Shown: piece after piece, positions 31,155 to 43,726 of the stretch
Numbering within the stretch: the stretch's first letter is position 1
Layout: the number at the start of each line of letters is the position of its first letter
NCBI RefSeq assembly: GCF_009914755.1
Contig: NC_060933.1
Strand: one strand, 5' to 3'
Length of the DNA stretch: 64,000 nt
From: the human T2T-CHM13v2.0 reference genome, Homo sapiens
Notes under the pieces: generated by a model
What the model was told of the DNA's origin: nothing
The model's input: the letters and a program-made list of their open reading frames with translations, nothing else
Database searches by the model: none
Program-made: the position numbers and the translations under genes

Positions 31155-31797
31155 TTTTTTTAAATTTTATTATTATTATACTTTAAGTTTTAGGGTACAT
31201 GTGCACAACGTGCAGGTTAGTTACATATGTATACATGTGCCATGCTGGTGTGCTGCACCCATTAACTCGTCATTTAGCATTAGGTATATCTCCTAAAGCT
31301 ATCTCTCCCGCCTCCCCCCACCCCACAACAGTCCCCAGAGTGTGATGTTCCCCTTCCTGTGTCCATGTGTTCTCATTGTTCAATGCCCACCTATGAGTGA
31401 GAATATGCGGTGTTTGGTTTTTTGTTCTTGTGATAGTTTACTGAGAATGATGATTTCCAATTTCATCCATGTCCCTACAAAGGACATGAACTCATCCTTT
31501 TTTATGGCTGCATAGTATTCCATTGTGTATATGTGCCACATTTTCTTAATCCAGTCTATCATTGTTGGACATTTGGCTTGGTTCCAAGTCTTTGCTATTG
31601 TGAATAGTGCCACAATAAACATACGTGTTCATGTGTCTTTACAGCAGCATGATTTATAGTCCTTTGGGTATATACCCAGTAATGGGATGGCTGGGTCAAA
31701 TGGTCTTTCTAGTTCTAGATCCCTGAGGAATCGCCACACTGACTTCCACAATGGTTGAACTAGTTTACAGTCCCACTAACAGTGTAAAAGTGTTCCT
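31155..31797 (-). mobile_element. L1PA3-like 3' end (about 640 bp)
   Basis: Tail, 3'UTR and ORF2 C-terminus (ORF 31380-31622). Confidence 0.93.
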
Positions 31798-32004
31798 TAT
31801 TTTTAACCCAGCTATAGATAATAAACTTAGAAAATGGCTGAAATCATGAATTGTTTAAAAATATCCTTTTAAGCCAATTTTAATAAAATATCTCCTTCAT
31901 TGCTCTTAACTCCTACTTTTTATGCAGCACAAGCTTCATAAAACACTTCTATTTGAATCATGCTTAATCCACACATCTGATTTTAAATTATCGATTTTCA
32001 TGGT

Positions 32005-32135
32005 CGACATGGATGAGAACACTGAGGTATAAATTGGTTGAATAGCATATCCAATTGGAAACAGCCATCGGTTGGCAGAACAAAAACTTAAACCCAGAAT
32101 TCTCACTTTAAACTTCATTCTCTCTGCCCTATACA
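32005..32135 (-). mobile_element. MIR fragment
   Basis: gatgagaacactgagg...aaacccag antisense core. Confidence 0.55.
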
Positions 32136-32983
32136 TTTTTTAATCCAAAGTAATGTTAATTCAAACTATGAATAAATTGTATTCATTAACTATAACTGAA
32201 AAATTTTGGGCATAACTCATTAGTACCTTTAAGAGAGGGTAAAGATTGGGTAACTGAGAGCAACCCCATAAGAAACTGGTGTCTTATGTAATCTAAAATA
32301 CAATTATACTGATTTTGAAAATTGAAGGAAAGAATACTGAAGTGCAAAAGTGCGTATGTTAGCGAGTTCATTCTCAATATTATTTAAACAGGAGAAGAAA
32401 TGTGATAGCTTGCTATGAAGTCATATTTTGGGACTCCTTGGTTCCCATTAGGTACTGAATTCCAAGTCATTCCAGACATCCACAAGAAAATGTAAAGAGA
32501 GATGAGGATACTAAATAAAAGCATTATACAGCATAACTGGGAGTCAGCAGATAATAAAACTTAAATTGATTTATAGATAAGGGACGTGAATAATTGAAAC
32601 CAGCTGAAAAAACTCCAAAGTCCAAATAGAAACTTCAGAAGCACCAGTAAAATAGTATCCTAGCAGTCTCAGAACACAGATGCAAGTACACCAGGAAAAT
32701 TAGAGTTTTTTCATGAGTTGGAAATTATAGAAAACTGGTATGAGTGGGGGCCAATTTTTGCACTGGGTTGGGAGAGGCAATTTGGAAGGGGAATTTGTAT
32801 TTGAAGACTTGAAGATGAAAGGAAATAATGTTAGAAATGTTGATAGACACAGCAACGTCCTTCCTCAAAATTAAAGTAAAATGAAATAAATGTTTTACTG
32901 TAAGATACTTTTTTACTGTATTTTAATAAATATTTCTAAATAAATGTTTAATAAATGTATCTAAATAAATGTTTTACTGTAAG

Positions 32984-33015
<32 letters not shown>

Positions 33016-33472
33016 TTGTGTGTGTGTATATATATATATGACGTTATCAGGTATTAACTCACACGATTACAAGGTCCCACAGTAGGCCCTCTGCAAGCTG
33101 AAGAGCAAGGAGAGCCAGTGTGAATCTCAAAACTGAAGAACTTGGAGTCCGATGTTTGAGGACAGGAAGCATCCAGCACAGGAGAAAGATGTAGGCTGGG
33201 AGGCTAGGCCATCTAGTCTTTTCACATTTTTCTGTCTGCTTTATATTCTAGTCACACTGGTAGCTGATTTTCACATTTTTCTGTCTGCTTTATATTCTAG
33301 TCACACTGGTAGCTGATTGATGGTGCCCACCCAGATTAAGGGTGGTTCTGCCTTTTCCAGCCCACTGACTCAAATGTTAATCTCCTTTAGCAACACCCTC
33401 ACAGACACACCCAAGATCAATACCTTGCATCTTTCAATCCAATCAAGTTGACACTCAGTGTTAACCATCACA
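32984..33472 (-). mobile_element. HERV-L 3' LTR (MLT2A), outer ~45 bp missing, with a 49-bp internal tandem duplication
   Basis: Aligns to the LTR at 39100-39583 from the microsatellite onward. Confidence 0.9.
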
Positions 33473-34049
33473 AGTTCACCCCTTGTCAACTTGAACAAAT
33501 ACACATCTCCTGAGATTATGTATAATCTTCAAATAAAGACAATAATAAGGTAACAATTACATCTAATATAATACAACTATCCTTTGTAGAATCGGAAACA
33601 CACAAATCCCCAAACTGAATACTATTACATAAAGTTAACAATACTCAAATGCTGACATGAAGTCTGTAAATCTTATGTCACATGATAAAGGAAAAAGGAA
33701 ATAAAATGAAGATATTTTCTTAGTACAAGTGTATATATGCACAAATATGTTTTTAACAAAAGAAGGAGGAAATACACATGACAATTACAGTCCTCATTTC
33801 TGCAGCTGGTCAAGTGGTCATAGCTGGTATTGACAACTACCTTTTTCTACTACCCATTCTGTATTCCCTTTGCCTTCAGCAAGCACCTTAGCAGGTCGTG
33901 TTTTTTTGTTTGTTTGTTTGTTTGTTTTTTACATGTGGAGTGACCCAAACCTTCATTCCTGAAGGGTCTAGGCCATTTGTAGTTCTGCCAGGATTGGGCT
34001 GTTGTAGTTTCCCATTGACCTTAATCACAGGGCATGGTAATATTAAGAG

Positions 34050-37000
34050 ATGATTCTAATGCATCTCCTGTATTCCATACATATTCTTCCTTACTTCTGT
34101 TGTGGAGTAGTAGACTGATTTCATCTTGATAGTCCAGGACAATCACCCCCGCCAACACTGTAACTCCCTTCTTAGCCTACTGACTTAAAAGTAGGAGAAA
34201 CCCAAAATATCCAGGTGGTAATCTTAACTTCAAGTTTAATGGAATTGTTGTGTCTCCTGGTAGCAGCATTCCTCCCTCCCAGTGTTCCTGTCATGGGAAC
34301 AGGAAGCAAACACTTTGCTAGTGGATCACTAGGGGTGATGGTGAGGGGTGCCACTTCCACTTCCACCCCTTGATTCCTTGACCTGTAAATCCTGGCTATG
34401 AGAGAAACAGTACCATATATTGGACGCTGATTCAGAGCATACACAACCTTCTGGAGAACTTTGCCCCAGACTTGCAAAGTATTGTCACCTAGTTGGCGTT
34501 GTAATTGTGACTTCGAAAGGCCATTCCACTGTTCTACCAATCCAGCTGCTTCAAGATGATGGGGAACATTGTAAGACCAGTGAATTCCATCAGCATGAGC
34601 CCGCTGCTGCACTTCTTTAGCCGTAAAGTAAGTGCCTTGGTCAGAGGCAATGCTGTGTGGAATACCATGATGGTGGATAAGGCATTCCATGAGTCCATGA
34701 ATTGTAGTCTTGGCAGAAGCATGGCATGCAGGATAGGCAAACCCATATCTGAAATGAGGGTATATTACAATGAGGACAAACTTCTGCCCTTTCCATGATG
34801 GAAGAGGGCCAATATACTCAATCTGCTACCAGGTAGCTGGCTGATCATCCAGAAGAATGGTGCCATATTGAGGGCTCAGTGGTGGTCTGCTGCTGATAAA
34901 TTGGGCACTCAGCAGTGGCTGTTGCCAGGTCAAACTTAGTGAGTACAAGTCCATGTTGCTGAGCCCGTACATAACCTCCATCCCTGCCACCATGGGCACT
35001 TTGTTCATGGGACCACTGGGTGATGACAGGGGTGGCTGGAAAAAGGCTGAGCAGTATCCTCAGAACAAGTCATCCTATCCACTTGATTACTAAAATCCTC
35101 CTCTGCCGAGGTCACCCATTGATGAGCACTCACATGGGATACAAATATCTTCACAGTTTTTGACCACGCAGAAAGGTCCATCCACATAGCTCTTCCCCAA
35201 ATTTCTTTGTCACCAGTTTTTCTCATGCTTCTTCCAAATCTCTGACCATCCAACCAAGCCATTGGCTACAGCCCATGAATCAGTATTTAATAGCACATCT
35301 GGCCATTTCTCCTTCCATGCAAAGTGCACAACCAGGTGCACTGCTCGAAGTTCTGCCCACTGGGAAGATTTCCCTTCCGTGCTGTCCTTCAGGGATGTCC
35401 TAGAAAGGGGCTGGAGTGCTGCAGCTCTCTACTTTCTGGTGGTACCTGCATATCATGCAGAACCATCTGTGAACCAGGCTCTAGTCTTCTCTTCCACTGT
35501 CAACTGATCATAGGAAACTCCCCATGAGGCCATTGGTGCAGGCTGGGGAAGAGAAGGCAGGGTGGCAGGAATAGACAATGGGCATTTGAGCCACTTCCTC
35601 ATGTAACTTATTTGTGCCTTCAGGGCCTGTTCAAGCCCAATCGCATATATACCACTTCTGTTGATTATAGAATGCTACTGTGCATGACCCACTTTATGGT
35701 TAGATGCATCAGCTAGATAGGCAGTTCAGCTAGCATGGTGACATCATGACCCATAGTCAAATGCTCAGTTTCCACCAAAGCCCAGTAACAGGCCAAGTGC
35801 TACCTCTCGAAAGGAGAGTAGTTATCTGCAGAAGATGGCAGGGTCTTGTTCCAAAATCCTAGAGTCCTCTGCTGTGATTAACCTATGGGGGCCTGCCAAA
35901 AACACCAAACAGCATCTTTATCTGCCACTGGTACCTCAAGCACCATTGGATCTGCTGGGTCTTATGGCCCAAGTGGCATAGCAGACTGCCCAGCAGTCTG
36001 GAGCTGTTGTAGAACCTTCTGTTCTGAACACCACTCAAAACTGACAGCCTTTCAGGTCACTGGATAAATGGGCTGGAGTAACACACCCAAATGGAGAATG
36101 TGTTGCCTCCAAAATCCAGATAGGCCCACTAGGTGTTTTATCTCTTTCTTGGTTATAGGAAGGGCCAAATGCAGCAATGTATCCTTTACCTTAGAAGGAG
36201 GGGCCAAATGCAACAATTTATCCTTTACCTTAGAAGGAATATCTTGACAGGCCCCATACCACTGGGCCCCTAGAAATTTTACTGAGGTAGAAGTTCCATG
36301 AATTTTAGTTGGAATTATTTCCCATCCTCTGGCATGAAATATCTCACCAGTAAGTCTAGTGTGTATGCTATTTCTTGCTCACTAGATTCAATCATCAAAA
36401 TGTCATCAATTTAATCGACCAGTGTGTTACCTTGCAGAAGTGAACAGAGATCAAGGTCTCTCCGAATAAGATTATGACATAAAGCCAGAGAGTTGATATA
36501 CCCCTGAGGTAGGACAGTATAAGTGTATTGCTGAAGGCAAATTGCTTCTGGTGGGCCTTGTAGACAGGAATGGAGAAAACGGCATTTACCAAGTCAATGG
36601 CTGCATACCAGGTACCGGGAGATGTGTTAATTTGCTCAAGCAATGAAACTCCATCTGGTACAGCAGCTGCAATTGGAGTCACCACTTGGTTAAGCTTACA
36701 ATAACCCACTATCATTCTCAGAGACCCATCTTTCTTCTGCACAGGCCAAATGGGAGAACTGAATAGGCATGTGGTGGGAATCACCACCCCTGCGTTTTTC
36801 AAGTCCTTGATTGTGGCACTAATCATTGCAATCCCTCCAGTGATGTGATATTGGTTTTGATTTATTATTTTTCTACGTAGAGGAAGCTCTAATACCTTCC
36901 ATTTGTACTTTCCCACCATAATAGCCTTCACCCTACCAGTCAGGGAGGCAATGTGGGGGATCTGCCAGCTGCTAAGTATGTCTCTGCCAATTTTGCATTC

Positions 37001-37200
37001 TGGCACTGGGGAAATGACAACTGGATGAGCCTGGGGACCCACTGGACCCACTGTAAGTCAATCTTGAGCTAAAATTCCATTAATTACCTCACCTGCATAA
37101 GCCCCTACTTTAACTAGAGGACCACAGTGATGTTTTGGGTCTCCTGGAATCAATGTCAGCTCATATCCAGTGTCCAGTAGTCCCCAAAATGTCTATCACA
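34050..37200 (-). pseudogene. pol: HERV-L pro/pol remnant (protease, RT, RNase H, integrase, dUTPase), frameshifted
   Basis: RT (SPIWPVQKKDGSLRM, YAAIDL..AVFSIP), RNase H (FVSHVSAH...NQVD) and integrase (GIPHSIASDQGTYFT, AAGLVEQWNG). Confidence 0.9.
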
Positions 37201-37299
37201 TTTATTTCCCCAATGCACAGTTACCCCTGGGGAAGGATGGAGAAAGATTAACAGCATAAATTGTGGGTAGTGTAGTGGGATCCTTTCTCAAAGGGACCT

Positions 37300-39050
37300 G
37301 GCCTCCCCTGCATTCAAGGGGTTTTGGGTCTATAAACCAGCTCAAGTCTGGAAATTGATTGAGGGGTTGTGATTCTGTTTTTATAATTCAAATTAATTTT
37401 TTGTCCTTTTGACCTAGAAGTTTTCTGCTTATATAAATTAAGTATGAATGCAGTAGGCTTCCTATCAATTTCAGTTCTAGGAACACCGTGATTAATTAGT
37501 CAATGCCAGATCTCTACATCAGTCAGACTATTCTGATTGCTGCTTTGCCTTTGCTGTCCATTATAGTAACTATATCCACCTTGCTTTTGATGGTTGAGTG
37601 CCGCCACTTGGCCCCTGGCACCTCAGGATCCAGTTATTCTTATTGTATTTAAATTTTGTAGTTGAGTGACTGTGGTTCCCACTATTAGATCTGACATACA
37701 GAGAAGAGCAATTACAGGGCTCTTCAAACATGTAGGTGCTGCACCCACAAATCTACTTTGCAAGGCATTAATTAAGGATTTATCTTCTGGATCCTCCCAG
37801 CTAAGATGAGTAGGTCCAAAGTGACTAATCCACTCCACCATCTCAATCTCCCTTAGGCTTTGGATCCCTTTCTCTACATTAAACCATAGTAAGATCAGGC
37901 ATTTCCAGCTCACTCACAGTGGGCCATCTTTTAATCCATATTTCAGCTAACCAATCAAATAAACTATTAGAGCCTTTTTTAATTCCCTAAGCTGCAACAT
38001 TAAATGCATTCTCTACTTAGTGGGCCCAAATCAATAAATTCAGCCTGATCCAACTCTATGTTCCTTCCACCATTATTCCACACTCTTAATATCCATTCCC
38101 ATGCCTGTTCTCCAGATTTCTGCTTATATAAATTAGAAAACTCAAGCAGTTCTTTCCAAGTGTAGGACACATCTCCATGGGTCACACTCTCAACCTCACC
38201 TCTAGGGGTCTGCTGGGGCTTTAGTTTAGTTATAGGTCTAGAAGAAAACAAGGGTGTTGGGGGTGTCTCCCGAGGAGAAAGAATCAACATTATCTTGCGG
38301 CAATTGCCTCAGGGGAGGACATCATTGTTGCCTCAGGCAGCACAGGGTTTATGTCCTCAGACAAAGATAGAAAGGCTGATGGCAGCATGGGTCTAGGAGG
38401 GGATGTTGCTGCTACTGCGGATGGGGAAGCTGTGTCTTCTGACAGAAAAAGGTTCATCATAGTTTACAAACTCAGTGTCTCCAGCTTCATTAGGGTCCTC
38501 CCATATGTCTGTATTCTAAGTTGCAGTCTCACATTCTTTTTCCAATCAATGCCTTTACTTTAAGAGGAGACACCTAGTGAGACTGTGCATGCACCTTTCA
38601 TTGCAGGTCAGCCACTTGCATAATAAGAGCTTGGGTTTGTTTTTACACAATTTCAACTGTTTCTCTACAGGAGATAAGACTCTCACTCAGGGCAATCTTA
38701 GCAGATTTGAGACTTAGTATCTACTTCTGAAGCTAGTAGTTAGAATCCCAGAGTTCATCATTTTCTTTCATCACTTTGTCCACTGAACGTAGGAGCAACC
38801 AACCAGCTTCATTATGTTCCTTGGTTCTTCACATATGGTTAAAGGTACTATGTGTAGAGTCACTAAACTCCTTGCCTCTCATGAGTGGTGAATCAGGAGT
38901 GTCAATGCATTTATTCTGCATAACTCTCTAAACAGTTCATGCCAAGGACTATCAGGGTTCTCCATACTATTAGAAGTAGAGTCCTTAGTATTTTTCAGTC
39001 TAATCATATTAATCAGCCAAGTACAGAAATCCCAAAACCAACAAAAGAAC
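37300..39050 (-). pseudogene. gag: HERV-L gag remnant
   Basis: ORFs 38000-38290 (ELLEFSNLYKQKSGEQAWEWILRVW) and 37623-37913. Confidence 0.8.
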
Positions 39051-39099
39051 CCCAAACTTAATATTCTGTTCCTCTAGAACCACTCCTGGTATCAAAATC

Positions 39100-39141
39100 T
39101 GTATTAGTCACGGTTCTCTAGAGGGACATAATTAATAGGAG

Positions 39142-39198
<57 letters not shown>

Positions 39199-39583
39199 GA
39201 GTTTATTAAGTATTAACTCCACATGATAACAAGGTCCTACAACAGGCCATCTGCAAGCTGAGGAGCAAGGAGAGCCAGTCTGAGTTCCAAAACTGAAGAA
39301 CTTGGAGTTCGACATTCAAGGGCAGGAAGCATCCAGCCCAGGAGAAAGATGTAAGTGGGAGGATAGGCCAGTCTAGTCCTTTCATGGTTTTCTGCCTGCT
39401 TTTATCCTAGCCACACTGGCAGCTGATTAGATGGTGCTCACACAGATTAAGGGTAGATCTGCCTTTCCCAGCCCACTGACTCAAATGTTAATCGTTTTTG
39501 GCAACACCCTCACAGAAACACCCAGGATCAATACTTTGCATCCTTCGATTCAATCAGGTTGACATTCAGTATTAACCATCATG
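39100..39583 (-). promoter_or_regulatory. HERV-L 5' LTR (MLT2A) with internal (TA)n at about 39143-39197
   Basis: tgtattagtca...ttaaccatca. Confidence 0.9.
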
Positions 39584-39974
39584 CCAACCAAGGAACATCA
39601 AAGATATTTAAAAATAAGGAATTACAATGAAAACTTTTCAGTTGCTGAAAACACTCTCCCAGCTCATCTCAGGGCATACAAAAACTATAGAAAAAAAATC
39701 TACATGAATAAAATCTCTATACATATTATTTACAGAGAGAAAATAATACCTCATTTTAGAAAGCCAGAAATCAAAAATAATTTAAAAATAACCCAGAAAA
39801 TGGGAAGTAAAGGTGAGCCAAATAATTACATACTACAGAAGAGAAACAAAGAAAATCATACTAATAAAATTGAAGAAATAAAAGGTTAAAACAATGAAAG
39901 AAAAGTATTTCTAATCATAACTTTAAAAGTCTTACAGAAGTAAAAATATAAACTAAATCAGCATAATAAGAAAT

Positions 39975-40165
39975 CTCTGAGATAGACCCAAAGAAATATA
40001 AATTGTTCTATCATAAAGACACATGCGTATGTTCACTGCAGCACTATTCACAATAGCAAAGACATGAAATCCACCTAAATGCCCATCAATAATAGGTTGG
40101 ATAAAGAAAACATAATACATATACACCATGGAATATGATGCAGCCATAAAGAAGAATGAGATCAA
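39975..40165 (+). mobile_element. L1PA15/16 or L1PB-like ORF2 C-terminal fragment
   Basis: cccaaagaaatataaattgttctatcataaagacacatgc...aagaatgagatca. Confidence 0.8.
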
Positions 40166-40175
40166 TTTTCAAATT

Positions 40176-43100
40176 CTGCTGGCAAGATGGCCGAATAAGA
40201 ACAGCTCTGGTCTGCAGCTCCCAGTGAGATCAACACAGAAAGTGGGTGATTTCTGCATTTCCTACTGAGGTACCCTGTTCATCTCATTGGGACTTGTTAG
40301 GCAGTGGATACAGCCCACAGAGGGTGAGTAGAAGCAGGGTGGGGCATCACCTCACCAGGGAAATAAAAGGAGCAGGAGAGACTCCCTTTCCCAGCCAAGG
40401 GAAGCTGTGAGAAACTGTGCTATCCAGCTCAGATCCTACACTTTTCCCATGGTCTTTGCAATCCACAGACCAGGAGATTCCCTCATGTGCCTACACCACC
40501 AAGGCCCTGGGTTTCAAGCACAAAACTGAATGGCTGTCGGGCAGACACTCAGTTAACTGCAGGAGTTTTTTTGTTATTGCTCCCCCCTGCCAATCCACCC
40601 CCAGTGGCGCCTGGAACCCCAGTGAGACAGAACCATTCACACCCGTGGAAAGGTGGCTGAAGCCAGGGAGCCAAGTGTTCTCTCTCAACAGGTCCCACTC
40701 CCACAGAGCCCTGCATGCTAAGAATCACTGGCTTGAAATTCTTGCTGCCAGCATACCAGTCTCAAGTCGACCTGGGACAATCAAGCTTGGTGTGGGGATT
40801 GGGAGGGGTGTCTGCCATTACTGAGGCTTGAGTAGGTGGTTTTCCCCGACCATGCTAAAAAGGCCTGGAAGTTGGGACTGGGTGGAAATCAACAAAGTGC
40901 GGGAAAGTGGCTGTGGCCAGACTGCCTCTCTACATTTCTCTTCATTGGGCAGAGCATCTCTGAAATAAAGGCAGCAGCCTTAGTCAAGGGCTTATAGATA
41001 AAACTCCCATCTCACTGGGACAGAGCACCTGGGGGAAGAGGCGGCTGTGGGAATAGCTTCAGTGGACTTAAACATTCCTGCCTGCTGGCTCTTAAGAGAG
41101 CAGAGGATCCAGACAAGGAGAGTTCTGCCAGCCCAGTGCTTGAGCTCTGCTGAGGGACAGACTGCCTCCTCAAGTAGGTCCCTGATCCTGTACCTCCTGA
41201 CTAGAAGAGACCTCCCAACAGGGGTTTACAGACACCTCATAGGAGATCTATGGCTAGCATCAGGCCAGTGCACCTCTGGGACGAAGCTTCCAGGGGAAGG
41301 AGCAGGCAGCTGTCTTTGCTGTTCTGCAGCCTCTGCTGGTGATACCCAGGCTAAACAGGGTCTGGGGTGGACCTCCAGTGAACTGCAGCAGACCTGCAGA
41401 AAAGGGGCCTGTTAGAAGAAAAACTAGCAAACAGAAAGCAATAACATCAACATCAACATCAACAAAAAACTCCCACACAGAAACCCCAACCAAAAGTCAT
41501 CAGCCTCAAAGATCAAAGGTACATAAATCCATGAAGATATGGAAAAACCAGGCAAAAATGCTGAAAATTCCAAAAACCAGAAAGCCTCTTCTGGTCAAAA
41601 CTCCTCTCCAGCATTGGCACAAAACTGGACGAGAATGAGTTTGACGAATTGACAAAAGTAGGCTTCAGACGGTGGGTAATAACAAACTCCTCTGAGCTAA
41701 AGGAGCATGTTCTAACCCAATGCGAGGAAGCTAAGAACCTTGACAAAAGGTTACAGGAAATGCTAACTATAATAACCAGTTTAGAGAAGAACATAAATGA
41801 CCAGGTGGAGCTGAAAAACACAGCACGAGAACTTTGTAAATTATACACACGTATCAGCAGCTGAATTAATCAACAGGAAGAAAGGATATCAGAGATTGAA
41901 GATCAACTTACTTAAATGAGGTGTAAAGACAAGATTAGAGAAAAAAGATTGAAAAGGAATGAGCAAAGCCTTCAAGAAATATGGGACTATGTGAAAAGAC
42001 TAAATCTACTGTTGATTGGGGTCCTTGAAAGTGATGGGGAGAATGGAATCAAGTTGAAAAACAGACTTCAGGATATTATCCAGGAGAGCCCCACACTGCA
42101 AGACAGGCCAACATTCAAATTCAGGAAATACAGAGAACACCACTAAGATACTTCTTGAGAAGAGCAACCCCGAGACACATAATCATAAGATTCTCCTAGT
42201 TTGAAATGAAGGAAAAAATGTCAGTGGCAGCCAAAGAGAAAGGTCAAGTTACCAAGAGAAAGGTCAAGGGAAGCTAATAGACTAACAGCAGATCTCTGCA
42301 AAAATCCTACAGCCAGAAGAGAGTGGGGGCCAATATTCAACATTCTTAAATAAAAGAATTTTTAACCCAGAATTTTATATCCAGCCAAACTAAGTTTCAT
42401 AAGTGAAGGAGAAATAAAATCCTTTATAGACAAGCAAATGCTGAGGGCTTTTGTTACCATCAGGCCTGCCATACCAGAGGTCCTCAAGGAAGCACTAAAT
42501 TTGCAAAGGAAAAACTGGTTTCAGCCACTGCAAAAACACACCAAAATACAAAAACCAATGACCCTATGAAGAAACTGCATTAACTGATGTGCAAAATAAC
42601 CAGCTAGTATCATGATGACAGGAACAAATTCCCACATAACAATATTAACCTTAAATGTAAATGGGCTAAACGCCCCAGTTAACAGACACAGACTGGCAAA
42701 TTGGGTAAAGAGTCAAGACCCACTGGTGTGCTGTATTCAGGAGACCCATCTCATGTGCAAAGACACACATAGGTTCAAAATTAAAGGATGGAGGCATATT
42801 TACCAAGCAAATGGAAAGCAAAAAGAAGCAGGGGTTGCAAATCTTGTCTCTGATAAAACAGACTTTAAACCAACAAAAATCAAAAAAGACAAAGAGGGGC
42901 ATTGCATAATGGTAAAGGGATCAATGCAATACAAAGAGCTAACTATCCTAAATATATACACACCCAGTACAGGAACACCCAGATTCATAAAACAAGTTCT
43001 TAGAGACCTACAAAAAGAATTAGACTCCCACACAATAATGCTGGGAGACTTTAACACTCCACTGTCAATGTTAGATCAGTGAGAGAGAAAATTGACAAGG

Positions 43101-43695
43101 ATATTCAGGACTTGAACTCAGCTCTGGACCAAGTAAACCTAATAGATATCTACAGAACTGTCCACCCCAAATCAACAGAATATACATTCTTCTCAGCAGC
43201 ACATAGCACTTATTCTAAAATTGACCACATAATTGGAAGTAAAACTGCAAAAGAATGGAAATCATAACAGACAGCCTCTCACACCACAGTGCAATCAAAT
43301 TAGAACTCAGGATTAAGAAAGTCACTTAAAACTGCACAACTACATGGAAACTGAACAACCTGCTCCTGAATGACTACTGGGTAAATAATAAAATTAAGGC
43401 AAAAATTACGAAGTTCTTTGAAATCAATGAGAACAAAGACACAATGTACCAGAATCTTTGAGACACAGCTAAAGCAGTGTTTAGAGGGATTTTTATAGCA
43501 CTCAATACCAACATCAGAAAATGGGAAAGATCTAAAATAGACACCCTAACATCATAATAGAAAGAACTAGAGAAACAAGAGCAAACAAATTCAAAAGCTA
43601 GCAGAAGACAAGAAAGAACTAAGATCAGAGCAGAACTGAAAGACACAGAGACACAAAAAACCCTTCAAAAATATCAATGAATCCAGGATCTGTTT

Positions 43696-43726
<31 letters not shown>

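Larger units (their letters stand above)
32984..39583 (-). mobile_element. HERV-L provirus with MLT2A (A2-like) LTRs: gag-pro-pol-dUTPase, no env, decayed
   Basis: Two homologous LTRs in the same orientation. PBS-like gattttgataccaggagtg next to the 5' LTR. Gag, RT, RNase H and integrase ORF remnants lie on the minus strand in the correct order. Confidence 0.95.

Noticed and set aside
34050-34300. dUTPase-like sequence after integrase, and a small tgttcc/ggaaca hairpin
   Set aside because: dUTPase at this position is normal for ERV-L, and a 6-bp stem is too short to be significant.
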